This document shows positions 26,239 to 37,335 of a DNA stretch of 64,000 nt, piece by piece; positions within the stretch are counted from its first letter, which is position 1; every line of letters starts with the position of its first letter. The stretch lies in the NCBI GenBank assembly GCA_000442015.1, contig KE561265.1, positions 1 through 64,000 of the forward strand, in the 5' to 3' direction. This stretch comes from Rozella allomycis CSF55. Taxonomy: Eukaryota. Position numbers and translations under genes: made by a program. Below the pieces are notes generated by a model. The model did not search any database, had not been told where the DNA came from, and worked only from the letters and a program-made list of their open reading frames with translations.

Positions 26239-28854
26239 ATGAATTTTATTGCAGATGGATCTTTACTAGAGGAATCCAAAGAAAATATTGTACCAAATCC
26301 TCATGGTCACTCTGCTATTTCGTTGCAATATGCTATTCAACACAAAAATGATTATGCTAAAGAGAAGGCGGAATTCCTTGCCTATATTCAATCTCAAAAG
26401 GAATCTCAAGAATATGAAGATGATCCACTTGACTTGTATTACCAATACATAAAATTTCTTCAAGAGTTTATGGCCACTGGCGCTGTAAATTATCCAGATT
26501 GGATGGAGGGGCTGGAACTAGTTACAAAAGCTTTTGTAGACGATAAAAGGTAATTCTATGCATAATATTTAAAACGATATGCAAATGATATAAGGTACGT
26601 TTATGTTTGGTGTTTGTATGCCAAATGTTGTATAAAACCAGAAGAAGTATTTGAATTCATGCAGTTAAAAGGAATTGGGGAATGCTTGAGTATATTTTAT
26701 GAAAAATATGCAGAATATTTAGCTCAGCGACTGCAAAGGTAAAGCGTGGGAAAGTTAGGCAATTTAGATATAATGATGCCTTGAATATTTTGGATCAAGG
26801 AATTAAATCCAAAGCAAGTCCGTTAAAAAGACTAGTGAAAACTCATGCCGCCTTTTCGTTACAGATCAGTCAGATTCCAACGGAGTCCAAAAAGAGGACC
26901 ATTCAAGGGATAATGCTTGATATGCCTAACCAAGGGAAGAAGAAACAATCTTTTACTGTTTTTCAGGATGAAAAAGAAAGTTATACCAAAGATAATACAA
27001 AGAATTCCTGGTTTAAAACTGCCGATATCTTTTCGAACGAACTACTACACAAAGTAAATCATGCTTGGTTAAATTGATGATAGGAAAATATAAAGCTAAG
27101 TGTACCATGGATGGGCGTGAAAATCCCGCAAAAGAGATCAATATCTGTGGTGCACAAGCCACCAAGTTTTGCGGTTTACAATGATACTCAAAAATATGAA
27201 AGAGATGCTAAATATTTTTCAGCTGAAGAAAAGAGAGCAGAATTTTATTTTTCAAAGAAAGAAACTCTAGTTGTCAAGGAGGCCAAGAAAATGGATGCAG
27301 TCCCATCGCCTACAATTCACACTAAAGAAGCTTTAAAAGATATCATGGGAATGTTTAATGACGAAATAGAAACGAAAGAAGAAACCAAAGAGAAGATTAT
27401 TCAGGACACGCCAAACAATCCCTTTTGTTGTCCTGTAGGGGATGTTGATGAACAAAGGACGAGAAAGAAATTCAAGCCATCAAAATTTGCGATTTTTAAA
27501 GATGCCCAAACACCCGTAAAGACTCCAACTAAACGCGGGACTCTTGAAATTTGTGTCAATTTAAGTACCAAGCAGATAAAGACATTAAAAACTGATATTA
27601 CTGTACCAAAATTGCAAATAGTGCCAGTCGATAAAGATGTAATTCTTTGGAATAATGAATTGATTCAAAGCCATTCAGAGAAAGTTTTACCCTTGATCAA
27701 ATCAGATGCATGCGCCACATTCTATGAATGTGATTTTATTCCTTTTTACGAAAACTTTGAGAAAATGAAGTCAAATTCGATGCCATTTTATTTTAAGCTT
27801 GATAATCATCTATTGTACGCCGTTCAATATAGAATAGGTGAAGGAGGATTCGCATCTGTTTTCATGGCAGATCAAGAAATTACAACACCGACTTCAATGA
27901 ATGCGAATTCGGTAATTTTAAAGCTTCAGAAACCTTCTTGTCTTTGGTAAAGATTTTAACGTCGAGTTGAAAGGGAATTTCACATTTTAAAAAAACTTCA
28001 AGATGAAAACATGCATGTTCCTATTGTTAAATTATTTCAAGGCCATTTCTTTAATCGAATGAGTTGTTTGTCGTTGGAATATTTGGAGCATGGGACAATT
28101 TTAGATTCCATTAATGCATATCGCGCCAAAGGGAATTTTCTCCCTGAACAAATCACTGCTTATTATTCTCTTTGTCTTATTAGAATGATAAAATATTTAA
28201 TTCAAAATAACGTAATTCATTGTGACATCAAAGTACTTTAATTTTTCTTCTTTAATAAGCCCGAAAACATTCTTGTTAGATTCAACGCAGACACTAAAAT
28301 GCCCATGATGGTGAGCGAACACATCGATCCATACATTTTTGATTTATGGTTTCAAAGACACGAATTAGTTTTAATAGACTTTGGAAGATCCATTGATTTG
28401 GATTTGTATTCCCCAACAACTAAATTTAATGTATTCCATGAAGGAATTCATGAAAAGGGAAGCATTGAAAATTTGGTTTCCGCATTTCAAAAAATTCACA
28501 AATCTTGGCAACACGAAGTAGATTTTTTAGGTATGCGAATAAACAATGCTTAATTCAGGTATTGGGAATTCTATTCATTGTCTATTAAGCAATGATTACC
28601 CTGACCTTAAATTAACACCAAATAGATTAGATTTTGAATTTATTCTTAGAAGATCATTAAAATACCCTTGGGAAGTTCTTTTGAATAAGTTAATGCATCC
28701 CCCTTCAGATAAAGGTGAATCTCTTTGTCTACTCAATGATTTGGAAGGAGAATGGAGCATCATTTTGAATTCTGAATGCTTATCAAAACCTTCCTGGCGG
28801 CAAATCCTAAGAAAACACGAAATAGAATTAGTTCAAAAGTTAACTGAAAAATAA
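26239..28854 (+). CDS. BUB1: Spindle checkpoint MadBub (Bub1/Mad3) kinase
   Basis: KEN box (ESKENIVP), TPR region (DDPLD, YANDIRY), GLEBS-like FSAEEKRA, CMI motif PSPTIHTKEA, and kinase motifs GEGGFA, HCDIKPEN and IDFGRS. Confidence 0.92.
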
Positions 28855-28903
28855 AAAGCAATAAAAATGACAAAATTAAATAAAAGCAATTTAGCAAAAT
28901 AGT

Positions 28904-29549
28904 TTATTTTTTCCCGGTTACTGGATGCTTTACTACAATAACTGGACAGTGACAATTATGAACCTAAGAATTATTAAATAGTATTATATTTACGCAGTAA
29001 TCTCCAACTGATCCTAAAAAGGCTCTCTTCAAGGCACCCAATCCTCTGCTTCCAACTATTAAAGCATCTGCCTTGACAGTTTCAACATAGTCAACGATTT
29101 CATCTCTCGCATCACCTTTTCCAACAATCATCTCTACTGGAATTTTATCCTATTCTAAATAATTTAATCCCATACTTGAAATTTCTCCTTTATAACATGA
29201 TGATATCTTCTTAATAAAGCTGATGCTTCACCAAAAGCCTTTTTATGCATTTCCTCGATATAAGTAGTTGTATAGACAGCTATTTCGTCTTTTTTTAAAG
29301 AACAGGATTTTTACCGGCGCCAGCTGTGTAGTAATATCCAGCTTCTGCTGGTGGGTTCAATATTGTCAAAAGAACTACTTTTTGGGTATTTGGGCGAAGA
29401 AAATGTTCAATTGCCCAATGAAAGGCATAGTCGGAATGCTCAGAATCTGAAATGGAAATCACTACAGTCTCAATTGGTTTAACAACAGGTGGATTCTCAT
29501 ATGCGGCCATTGCTCCTTCAGTAGATATAACAGTTGGTTTGTTTGTCAT
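28904..29549 (-). CDS. Universal stress protein (USP-A family); start uncertain
   Basis: VVISISDSEHSDYAFHWA, GDARDEI and LIVGSRGLGALKRAFLGSVGDYC|VHNCHCPVIVVK motifs. Confidence 0.85.
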
Positions 29550-29737
29550 CTCGTTAGTGGCTGGCTCATCATCTGATTAGGAAAGTTACATATGCAGTCA
29601 CAATTAAAGTTGAAAGCCTAATAGATTATGATTACTTTATGCTTGCGAGTTGCATGTTCTTATAGCTTCTGGGAAAAAGTATACGCCGTTTATAAATTCT
29701 AGTCTGAAAAATCGGAATATATTACTTAAAAGCAATT

Positions 29738-29749
29738 TTTCGCGCCAAA
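29738..29749 (+). promoter_or_regulatory. E2F-type binding site TTTCGCGCCAAA, 10 nt upstream of the CDC7 ATG
   Basis: Matches the E2F consensus TTTSSCGC with the extended CCAAA flank, in a ~200-nt AT-rich intergenic region. Confidence 0.5.
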
Positions 29750-29759
29750 TTTGTGTGGC

Positions 29760-31293
29760 ATGACAAAGAAACAGAAATCCGGCAAATCAGATGGAACAAC
29801 AGGTACTCTTTACTCTTTTAAATATTTCTAGCATTGGATTTATATAAAAAGCTAATTTCAAATGAAATTATACCACTGTTGGAGCAATTTCCATCGGTTA
29901 AATATCTTCCAATTGAAAGAGTTGGTGGAGGTAATATGTGTAAGTAGTATTTACAGGATCCTTTTCAGAAGTATACAAGGCGATCGACATTTTCGCTGAT
30001 GAATATGACAATTCATCTTATCGTTTTAGTGTATATGTACCCCCTAAAGAAGAAAGGGAATGTGATATTAAGCATTTAGAGAATATAATATTTACAATGC
30101 AAGAATTAAAAAGCAGCTGGGTTGATATTTATATAAAATACCACCGACTACTTGCCAACTTTGATAATAAAGTCNGGAGAATATAATATTTACAATGCAA
30201 GAATTAAAAAGCAATTGGGTTGATGTTTATATAAAATACCACCGACTACTTGCCAACTTTGATAATAAAGTCCAGTACGTTGCCTTGAAGACTATAACTC
30301 CCACCTCAAGTCCAAGCAAAATAAAAGAAGAATTGGAATTTCTAATCTTACTTCGAGGCAAATTCTTCACCAGTCCGGTGATTACAGCAGTAAGAAAAGA
30401 AGATCAAGTGATCGTTGTTATGCCATATTTCAGTCATGACAGTGCAATGGAATATATTCCGCGAATGAAAGAAATAGATATTAAGCTTTACATGGCACAA
30501 CTATTATTTGCCTTGTCTTGGTTGCATACGATGAACATTATTCACAGAGGTATCATCCATACAATTGAAATAATGTAGATGTCAAACCAGGCAATTTTCT
30601 GTTCTCTTTGAGTACTAGAAGAGGTTTGCTAGTCGACTTTGGATTGGCAGAGGTAAATGAATTGTTTGAAAATAAAAGTATTTTGACGACTCGTGTCAAG
30701 AAGAAAAAGAAACAAAATCAACAATAGACGCTGAGATTCATAGAGGGCTTAGAGAAACTTATGGCGATGGTATTTTACCAAAGGACTCTAGATCACAACT
30801 GAAAGCAAATAGAGGTGGTACAAGAGGATTCAGAGCACCCGAAGTTTTAATGCGCTACAAAGATCAAACACCGGGTAAACTAAATCAATGAATTTTAGTA
30901 GCGATCGATCTTTGGGCTGCAGGAATTGTATTACTTTGTCTAGCTACTAAACGGTTCCCATTCTTTCAATCAAACGACGATGATGACGCTCTAGTTGAAC
31001 TTGCAATTGTATTTGGTAGAAAGAAAGTAGAAAAGGCTGCTGCTATATGCAACAGAGTTTGGAAGTGCAATGTCCCTGGAATTACCGATGAAGGAAAATT
31101 CAAAACTCTGAAAGAACTCTGCCAATCATTAAACCCTTATGATGAATGGTCAGATGATCTTTATGATTTACTTGATAAACTGTTAGATTTCGATTTCAAT
31201 TCTAGAATAACTTCCCTAGACGCATTACAACACAAATTCATAAACTCGCAACAAGTCTTGGAAAAATTAAATAAAGAACTTCTAAATTTTTAA
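29760..31293 (+). CDS. CDC7: Cell division control kinase Cdc7
   Basis: GGGSFSEVYKA, YVALKTITPTSSP, DQVIVVMPYF, HRDVKPGNFL, LVDFGLA, ANRGGTRGFRAPEVL and FPFFQSNDD motifs. Confidence 0.93.
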
Positions 31294-31474
31294 ATTACAC
31301 TTATCTAATGTCTCAACAAAAAGAAAAGAATATCGTCAACTCTCAAATCAATTCTTACAACAGTATGCAGCGCACTAATCACTATCAATCATTATTTGAA
31401 GAATCTATGATTTTAAATTATCCATTTGACTACAAAAACATTTCATCTATTTTCATCTGATAAAACCATAACAA

Positions 31475-31547
31475 GCCCTGATAGCTCAATCGGTAGAGCG
31501 TGCGGCTTTTAACCGCAAGGTTCGGGGTTCAATCCCCCGTTGGGGCG
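31475..31547 (+). tRNA. tRNA-Lys(TTT)
   Basis: Cloverleaf with GCCCTGA/TTGGGGC acceptor stem, TGCGG-CTTTTAA-CCGCA anticodon arm and GGTTCAATCC T-loop; T-run terminator downstream. Confidence 0.95.
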
Positions 31548-31697
31548 CATTACTTTTTTACTTTACACAAACTATTTAGTGTAAAAAATAAGAATTATTC
31601 ATCAAGACCATTTTTAATTCCGATCATTCTGCCATTTCTATCTGAACTTTTCCCCCTTATTTCTTAATTTTGGATAAAACTTTGTCGACGCCACTTT

Positions 31698-34274
31698 ATG
31701 AGAGTTGTCAAAGGCATAGTTTTATCAAAGACAGAAATATTTCATTTCCAAAATCTTTTTTTCCTGGTACATCTTGATTCTGGATTATGCCTATATTTTT
31801 CTGATGTAAAGTTCCACAGCAAAATTAGCATTGGCGAAGAGTATAATTTCATTAACGTCCAAAAGAACAAGGTTGTAATAACCAACGAATTAAATATGCA
31901 GACTACAGTTGCAGTATATTCTTTTACCAGTGAATCTTTGTTAGAGAAAGTTGGTGATAAGGTATTGTGCAGTCAGATGAAGATTAATCCTTCGATAGTA
32001 AATTATAAAGGCACAATCACCAAAATTATTAATGATTTATTGCAGATAGTTGAGATTGATGATGATGTAGTTTGTTTTCTTCACGCCAGTTCGAAAAAGT
32101 ATGATCTTTGTGTAAATCAAGAATTGGAGATTTATAATGTGCATGTGTTTTATGAAGAAACTGGGGTATTTTATAATTACTCTACATTTATTGTAGCTTG
32201 TGCATATTCATATATAGAAGGCGTTGAAAAACATGAACAGGATAAGATATTAAAGATAATGTCTAATTGTACTTGGAAACAGATAAGTGTTATACATAGT
32301 CAATTTGAAATAATAAAAATTCAATTCCCGCGACTGAATGCATTGAATTTTATACCGTGGCTTGTTCAAGAATTGCAGATATCAAAAGCGCGAAATTTTA
32401 TTTCAGAATTTGTAGAAAAACATATAAAGTGTTTTGATTGTCCATCATTTGATGAAGATGCAAAAATGTTGACTGGATGGAAAACGATTAAAGAAATAAA
32501 AGAAAAGGCGTATGAAGGGTTTAATGGTAAAAGGTGTGGCTTTGGATATAAAAATAACATTTCTGGTGAAATTCTTGAATGGAAAGAAAACTTTAAATGT
32601 AAAATAAATAGAATCGTTGGAGTTTTATCAAATGAAAATGGTCAGATGGTTATCCTTGATTCAACGGGTTCCATACCAATTCATGTCGAGCAAGTTGATG
32701 TTGTTGAATTTATTGGTCATTTGGTGATAATTGATGAATGTGAATTATTTCATTCTTTAATTTCTACTTTTGAATATCAAATGCTTCAAAGTTGGATTTC
32801 TGTTGAAAATATTTTTACGAAAATTGCTAAAATTTCCCTTCAAAATTTCAATGAATCAAATTTCCCAAAAGGCGTTGGAATTCTTTTTGAAATCAATCAA
32901 GAAAATTTCACTTTTTTCATTTTAAAATTTCAAACTTTTCCAACAGCTCGATGGATTCATTTAAATGTTAAAGAGCCTTCAATATTTCTTTCAGCTGCAA
33001 AGATTGGAATGATTTTTGAATTTTATTGCGATTTAACCGAGGCGATTCTTCTTGATGAAAACGACAAACCTTGCAAAATGGATCCCTTCAGAATTATAAA
33101 CGCGTCACTATGCTTTGCTAGATTTGTTAAATCAAATTTAGATTTTGAAAATTTTGATCTTTTAAATACATTTTGGACAAGGGTCAAAAATTCATATTTT
33201 CATGTTTATCCTCTGCTTTTAGAGTTATCAAATGAAAATTCCAAAGTTTCGGTTCAATCTATAGATTTTGATTTTGGCAAGGGTTATTATTACGCAGTGC
33301 CTAAAGTTGTGGGTGTTTTATCGTCATATTCCTTAAGATCTTGTGGCTTAAATTCTGATCTATGGCTTAGACTTGAGCTATTTGATTTTTTTGATAAGAA
33401 AAACAGCGTTTCGTTATTTTATAAATTGAAAGATAATAAAGTTCCTATTGGACTGGAAAAAGCAAAAGGGAAAGATTATTTTGTAGTTTGTTCAGATCTG
33501 TATGGAAAATATGAATACAGCATCCCAGTTTTATATTCAACAAAGTCTTCAAGATTAGAATTTTTCAAATCTCCAAAATCTTTAATAAAAGATTGTCCCT
33601 TTCTTTCTATTATAAAGTTCAATCTAAGTCGATCAATTCCATCATTGGTTCTTGAAACTTCTGTTGAAAGAAATTTAAATGAATTAGATTTCTCATATTT
33701 AGGAATTTCCAAATCTTCTTTTTCTTTGCAATCTTTTTGTGGCTCAGTAACAAAAATTTATGAAATTCACTTTGAAATGTCTACAGGGATTTTAAAATCT
33801 TCAATGAATTTTCACTTCCAAGATGGGACTTGGGAATGTCGTTGCAAAACTGATTTGATTAACGTTATTTTCCAAATTTTAACTTTTGATTTATCAACTT
33901 CATTAGCAGATGCTATTAAAGAATCTCTATTCAAAACTTTATCATCGTTAAATTCTTGGACTTTCATCCCCAACCATAAACTAGAATACATTCAAGAAAA
34001 TATAATTGAAAAGTTCTTTCAAAATAGGAAATATGACGTTCAAACTCTTCTGCAAATGTTAGTTAATCATATTCATTCTCATCCTGGAATGTTTATCATA
34101 TCTGGCTATTTATCTGTTAACGATAAAGATAAACCATTTGTCAAAGAAATACAAACTCAACAAACAAGCATTCGTGTACTCAAGCGTTCTATTCCTAAGC
34201 TCAAGGTCATCAATGCTTCTTTATTTAAACCAACAATAGACTTCATTCAGAACAAACTAGACGCCTTCGACTAG
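31698..34274 (+). CDS. CTC1: CST complex subunit CTC1-like multi-OB-fold protein
   Basis: VNYKGTITKII...IVEIDDDV...LEIYNVH, VGVLS...VILDSTGSIP and FQDGTWEC resemble CTC1 OB-fold motifs (recalled, not searched). 858-aa single ORF. Confidence 0.6.
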   Translation: MRVVKGIVLSKTEIFHFQNLFFLVHLDSGLCLYFSDVKFHSKISIGEEYNFINVQKNKVVITNELNMQTTVAVYSFTSESLLEKVGDKVLCSQMKINPSIVNYKGTITKIINDLLQIVEIDDDVVCFLHASSKKYDLCVNQELEIYNVHVFYEETGVFYNYSTFIVACAYSYIEGVEKHEQDKILKIMSNCTWKQISVIHSQFEIIKIQFPRLNALNFIPWLVQELQISKARNFISEFVEKHIKCFDCPSFDEDAKMLTGWKTIKEIKEKAYEGFNGKRCGFGYKNNISGEILEWKENFKCKINRIVGVLSNENGQMVILDSTGSIPIHVEQVDVVEFIGHLVIIDECELFHSLISTFEYQMLQSWISVENIFTKIAKISLQNFNESNFPKGVGILFEINQENFTFFILKFQTFPTARWIHLNVKEPSIFLSAAKIGMIFEFYCDLTEAILLDENDKPCKMDPFRIINASLCFARFVKSNLDFENFDLLNTFWTRVKNSYFHVYPLLLELSNENSKVSVQSIDFDFGKGYYYAVPKVVGVLSSYSLRSCGLNSDLWLRLELFDFFDKKNSVSLFYKLKDNKVPIGLEKAKGKDYFVVCSDLYGKYEYSIPVLYSTKSSRLEFFKSPKSLIKDCPFLSIIKFNLSRSIPSLVLETSVERNLNELDFSYLGISKSSFSLQSFCGSVTKIYEIHFEMSTGILKSSMNFHFQDGTWECRCKTDLINVIFQILTFDLSTSLADAIKESLFKTLSSLNSWTFIPNHKLEYIQENIIEKFFQNRKYDVQTLLQMLVNHIHSHPGMFIISGYLSVNDKDKPFVKEIQTQQTSIRVLKRSIPKLKVINASLFKPTIDFIQNKLDAFD

Positions 34275-34391
34275 ACAATGCGTCATGTGCATTGTGCGTT
34301 AAGAAACCTTTTACTAGATTTTCGGATAATAAATTGCATTTTTATTGCCCCTTCTTAACGTACTTCCTTTCTAAAATTTTCTTATTTTCCA

Positions 34392-34876
34392 ATGACAAAG
34401 TCTATTCTCCAGAACTTACTCAAGAGCAAGAGCTTCTTTTCTTTATATGATGCACTTTCAATCGATCATGATAAAACAGAGGAAATCAAGAATGAATTGG
34501 ACACGCTTGTTAATGAAAACTACATCAAGGAATGTCGCTCAACAAACGGCATGATCATCTACGTTAAAATTCCAGTAAATATTAATATCTTTCAAAAACT
34601 ATAGAGTTCCGAGAGAATAAAATTATCTCTTCAAATGAAAATTGATTCCCTTCAGCAAGAAGTTGATGAAAAGATGGACGAATTAGAGTAAAGATAATTT
34701 TTGTTACAGATAGGATAATTGACATTGAAAATGAATATAAAGACTACTTGAACCTCGTACATACTTATAATGACTTGAAAGACGCGGGCCAAAAGATTAT
34801 TGGCATACTTGCAGTGAACAAAGGCGTAACTTCAAGAGAATTATACAAAGATTTTGATCTAAACATTGATGACTGA
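34392..34876 (+). CDS. SWI5: Swi5/Sae3 recombination mediator
   Basis: The spliced C-terminus reads LVHTYNDLKDAGQKIIGILAVNKGVTSRELYKDFDL. 2 introns. Confidence 0.82.
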
Positions 34877-34995
34877 AATGTTTTTATTAAACTAAATTTC
34901 AATGGCTATTTGAAATTTTCTGATGTTCCATCAAATCAAGTGCTATTTTTAAACTATGCCACATTATAAAACGACCCCTAACGCGGAGTCTCTAA

Positions 34996-35676
34996 ATGAA
35001 ACATAGTCTGCAAATACAACTCTCTATCCTTTGTCTTTCAATCCTCTTTGGGAATGCACTTGCTCTTCCTAACGCAAACTTTAACGCGTGTATGGTAGCT
35101 TTCAACGCATGCTATTCGAACTGTAATAATTCGAATGCAGCATCACAAACAGGCTTTACCGAATGCACTAAAAGTTGTAAACTATGTGATGAAGCAGGTG
35201 CCAATGTTAACGCCGCAGCAACCCCTACTGTGAATCCAGCTCCTGTTCAGACTCCTACGCAGCAAACTGGAAAACCGCTCAAAGACCAGACAGTCGAAAA
35301 TAAGAGCTTTCAAACTGTAACACCATCAGAAGGTGCGGCAATTACTGGAATCTTCAATGTGGCCCCACACGAAGATTACAGCGATTTTGCTTGTAAAAAT
35401 GACAACGATCCAGCTAAGCCTTACAAAATGTTTGATGTATTTCCACCAAATGGAGTAAGCTTTCCGGCCCCCGGAAATAAGAGTCTGTGCGGAAAGAAAA
35501 TAATCTTTACTGTCTCTTCACCGGATAACACCAGAAAACAGTCCTTTGAAGGAATTATTGCAGACTTACCAACAAGCTCATTAGATATGACCGAAAGTCT
35601 ATATCAGCAGCTGCGCGCCTTTACTGGCACGATAGATGGCAATAGAATTCCAGCAGAGGTCAAAATATTTCAATAA
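34996..35676 (+). CDS. Secreted protein: signal peptide, Cys-rich module, T/P linker and RlpA/expansin-like double-psi beta-barrel domain
   Basis: Hydrophobic N-terminus ending ALA; six-Cys segment; TPTVNPAPVQTPT linker; LCGKKI...IIAD...SLDMTESLYQQL. Confidence 0.6.
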   Translation: MKHSLQIQLSILCLSILFGNALALPNANFNACMVAFNACYSNCNNSNAASQTGFTECTKSCKLCDEAGANVNAAATPTVNPAPVQTPTQQTGKPLKDQTVENKSFQTVTPSEGAAITGIFNVAPHEDYSDFACKNDNDPAKPYKMFDVFPPNGVSFPAPGNKSLCGKKIIFTVSSPDNTRKQSFEGIIADLPTSSLDMTESLYQQLRAFTGTIDGNRIPAEVKIFQ

Positions 35677-35943
35677 ATACTTTTTAAGAGGAAACAGATC
35701 TGTTTTTAGTGATACAGTTTGTTGCGCGAGGTACCGAGAAAAGCCGATCCGAATCTATCAATAAGTTTCGCGACTAAGGAATACAAGAAATTTGTCGTAA
35801 CAAAGATATTCCAAAGATCAATTATCCAAGAAAAGATGGTCTAAGATTAATAGCAACAATCTAGTGCCATGTCTATGATGATCACGGGACATTATCCGGC
35901 GATAACTTATGTCAGTTATTCAATATGCATCACAAATAGATAT

Positions 35944-37065
35944 TTATTTTTCTTTTTTCATAAATTTGCTGACCTTGTTATAACTTGCTGGTTTACGTTT
36001 GAGAGTACCCTCCACTTGTTCGAAAGCCATTTCATCTTCACTTTCAAAAACTAAGTGCTCGTTTTCTTCCTTTGATATGCTTTTAAGACTTTGAGGCTCA
36101 TCTCTTTTTTCTCTTGGTGTAACATTTTTTCGATATTGATATTCTTCAAGGGCTAATTAAACAAAGCAAAATCCTTTACGATGAAGTTTTGCTAGCTTCC
36201 GAAATGGCTTTTCTTCAAGTTTATTTATCTTATCTGTTGCATTAAGCATTTCTTGAACATTTTTAAATCGAACAAATGCCTTGTTAAAATCATATTATAA
36301 AATTACAAATGGGCGCCCATTGAAATAATCGAGGAACGCTACTTGACCATATTTTTGAATAAATTGCTTCAAGTCACTATATACAATATTTGGTGTAATG
36401 TCAAGAACCTGACATATGGTTCCCTTAGGCTGTGACCATCCTAACTTTGATTCATGTTTATTATTTCTATCGCATTTCTTTATTTCCTTCATTAAATGCA
36501 AAAGCTCTTTGTATTCCTTGTTTCTTTGTGACCAAATATGTCTATTCTGGATTATAATAAATAACTACTTCTTCAAGATCCGCTTCCTATACAGTTTATG
36601 GCCTTCATTGTCGCGATTTTCTTTCCAAAGACTAATACCTTGTTCCATAGTGTCTGGGTCATTGAATTCAATGAATCCATAACCTCTCACTTTGCCAGAT
36701 TCTTGTTTAGGTACAGCCGCAAAAGCGACTTTCAAAGGCTTAAAATATTCATGCAAATCTTCGTGTGTTACGTTACAAGGGAGTGGTTCTATATAGATTG
36801 TTCTGTCATCAGAGTTTATTCTTTGGAAAGGGATTATTCTACGAATACAGGTGCCTTCAGGATTTAATTCCAAAAGATTTGAGAGTAACACAGCATTTCT
36901 AATATGACTTGGAGTACATTCCATAGATTTCAGTTTGTTAAATGTTAAGAGAATTTCAACTGGTAGCCATCCGTTGTTTTCCTCCATTTTATCAATTATG
37001 AATCGATTTTTGGACATATTAGCATCGCTAAAATAGAATTCTAACTGCTCCTTTATATCTGGCAT
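35944..37065 (-). CDS. LARP7: La-related protein LARP7/Pof8-like (La motif + RRM1 + xRRM)
   Basis: QLEFYFSDAN...LLTFNKLK La motif; RRM with TIYIE and RGYGFIEF; W...KEYKEL linker; second RRM GTICQV...VAFLDY...AFVRF. Confidence 0.7.
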
Positions 37066-37227
37066 TTTTCAGAAATTTCTCCACTCTTCGGTCTTCCACT
37101 ATTTGAACTTACTAAAAAAGAAACATTATTTAAGAAATAGACAAAGCTTTTGACTACTTTTTTTACCACTGAATTTTAAAACTCGTAGGTATAACCAATT
37201 ACCAATAAAATGGGCATTCAAAAAAGC

Positions 37228-37300
37228 TAGCAGCGCCAAGTTTCGATCAAGGGACCTCTGAGTTATGAGCCCAGCGCTCTTCCAACTGAGCTACGCTGCT
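37228..37300 (-). tRNA. Initiator tRNA-Met(CAT)
   Basis: A1:U72 acceptor stem AGCAGCG/CGCTGCT, anticodon loop CTCATAA and initiator-type T-loop ATCGAAA; T6 terminator follows. The T-stem has two U.U mismatches. Confidence 0.88.
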
Positions 37301-37335
37301 ATAGCGAAAAGTCACAAATATAACAATTAACATAA

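Noticed and set aside
30079-30272. ~95-nt direct repeat inside CDC7
   Set aside because: The copies flank a single N and differ by a few SNPs. This looks like an unmerged allelic contig overlap, not a real duplication or frameshift.
31308-31460. 50-codon ORF between CDC7 and tRNA-Lys
   Set aside because: Short, no motif, compatible with chance.
35690-35935. GC-richer intergenic stretch next to LARP7 as a possible 7SK, telomerase or snRNA gene
   Set aside because: I could not identify a template, Sm site, box motifs or convincing stems by eye. An Infernal/Rfam search would be needed.
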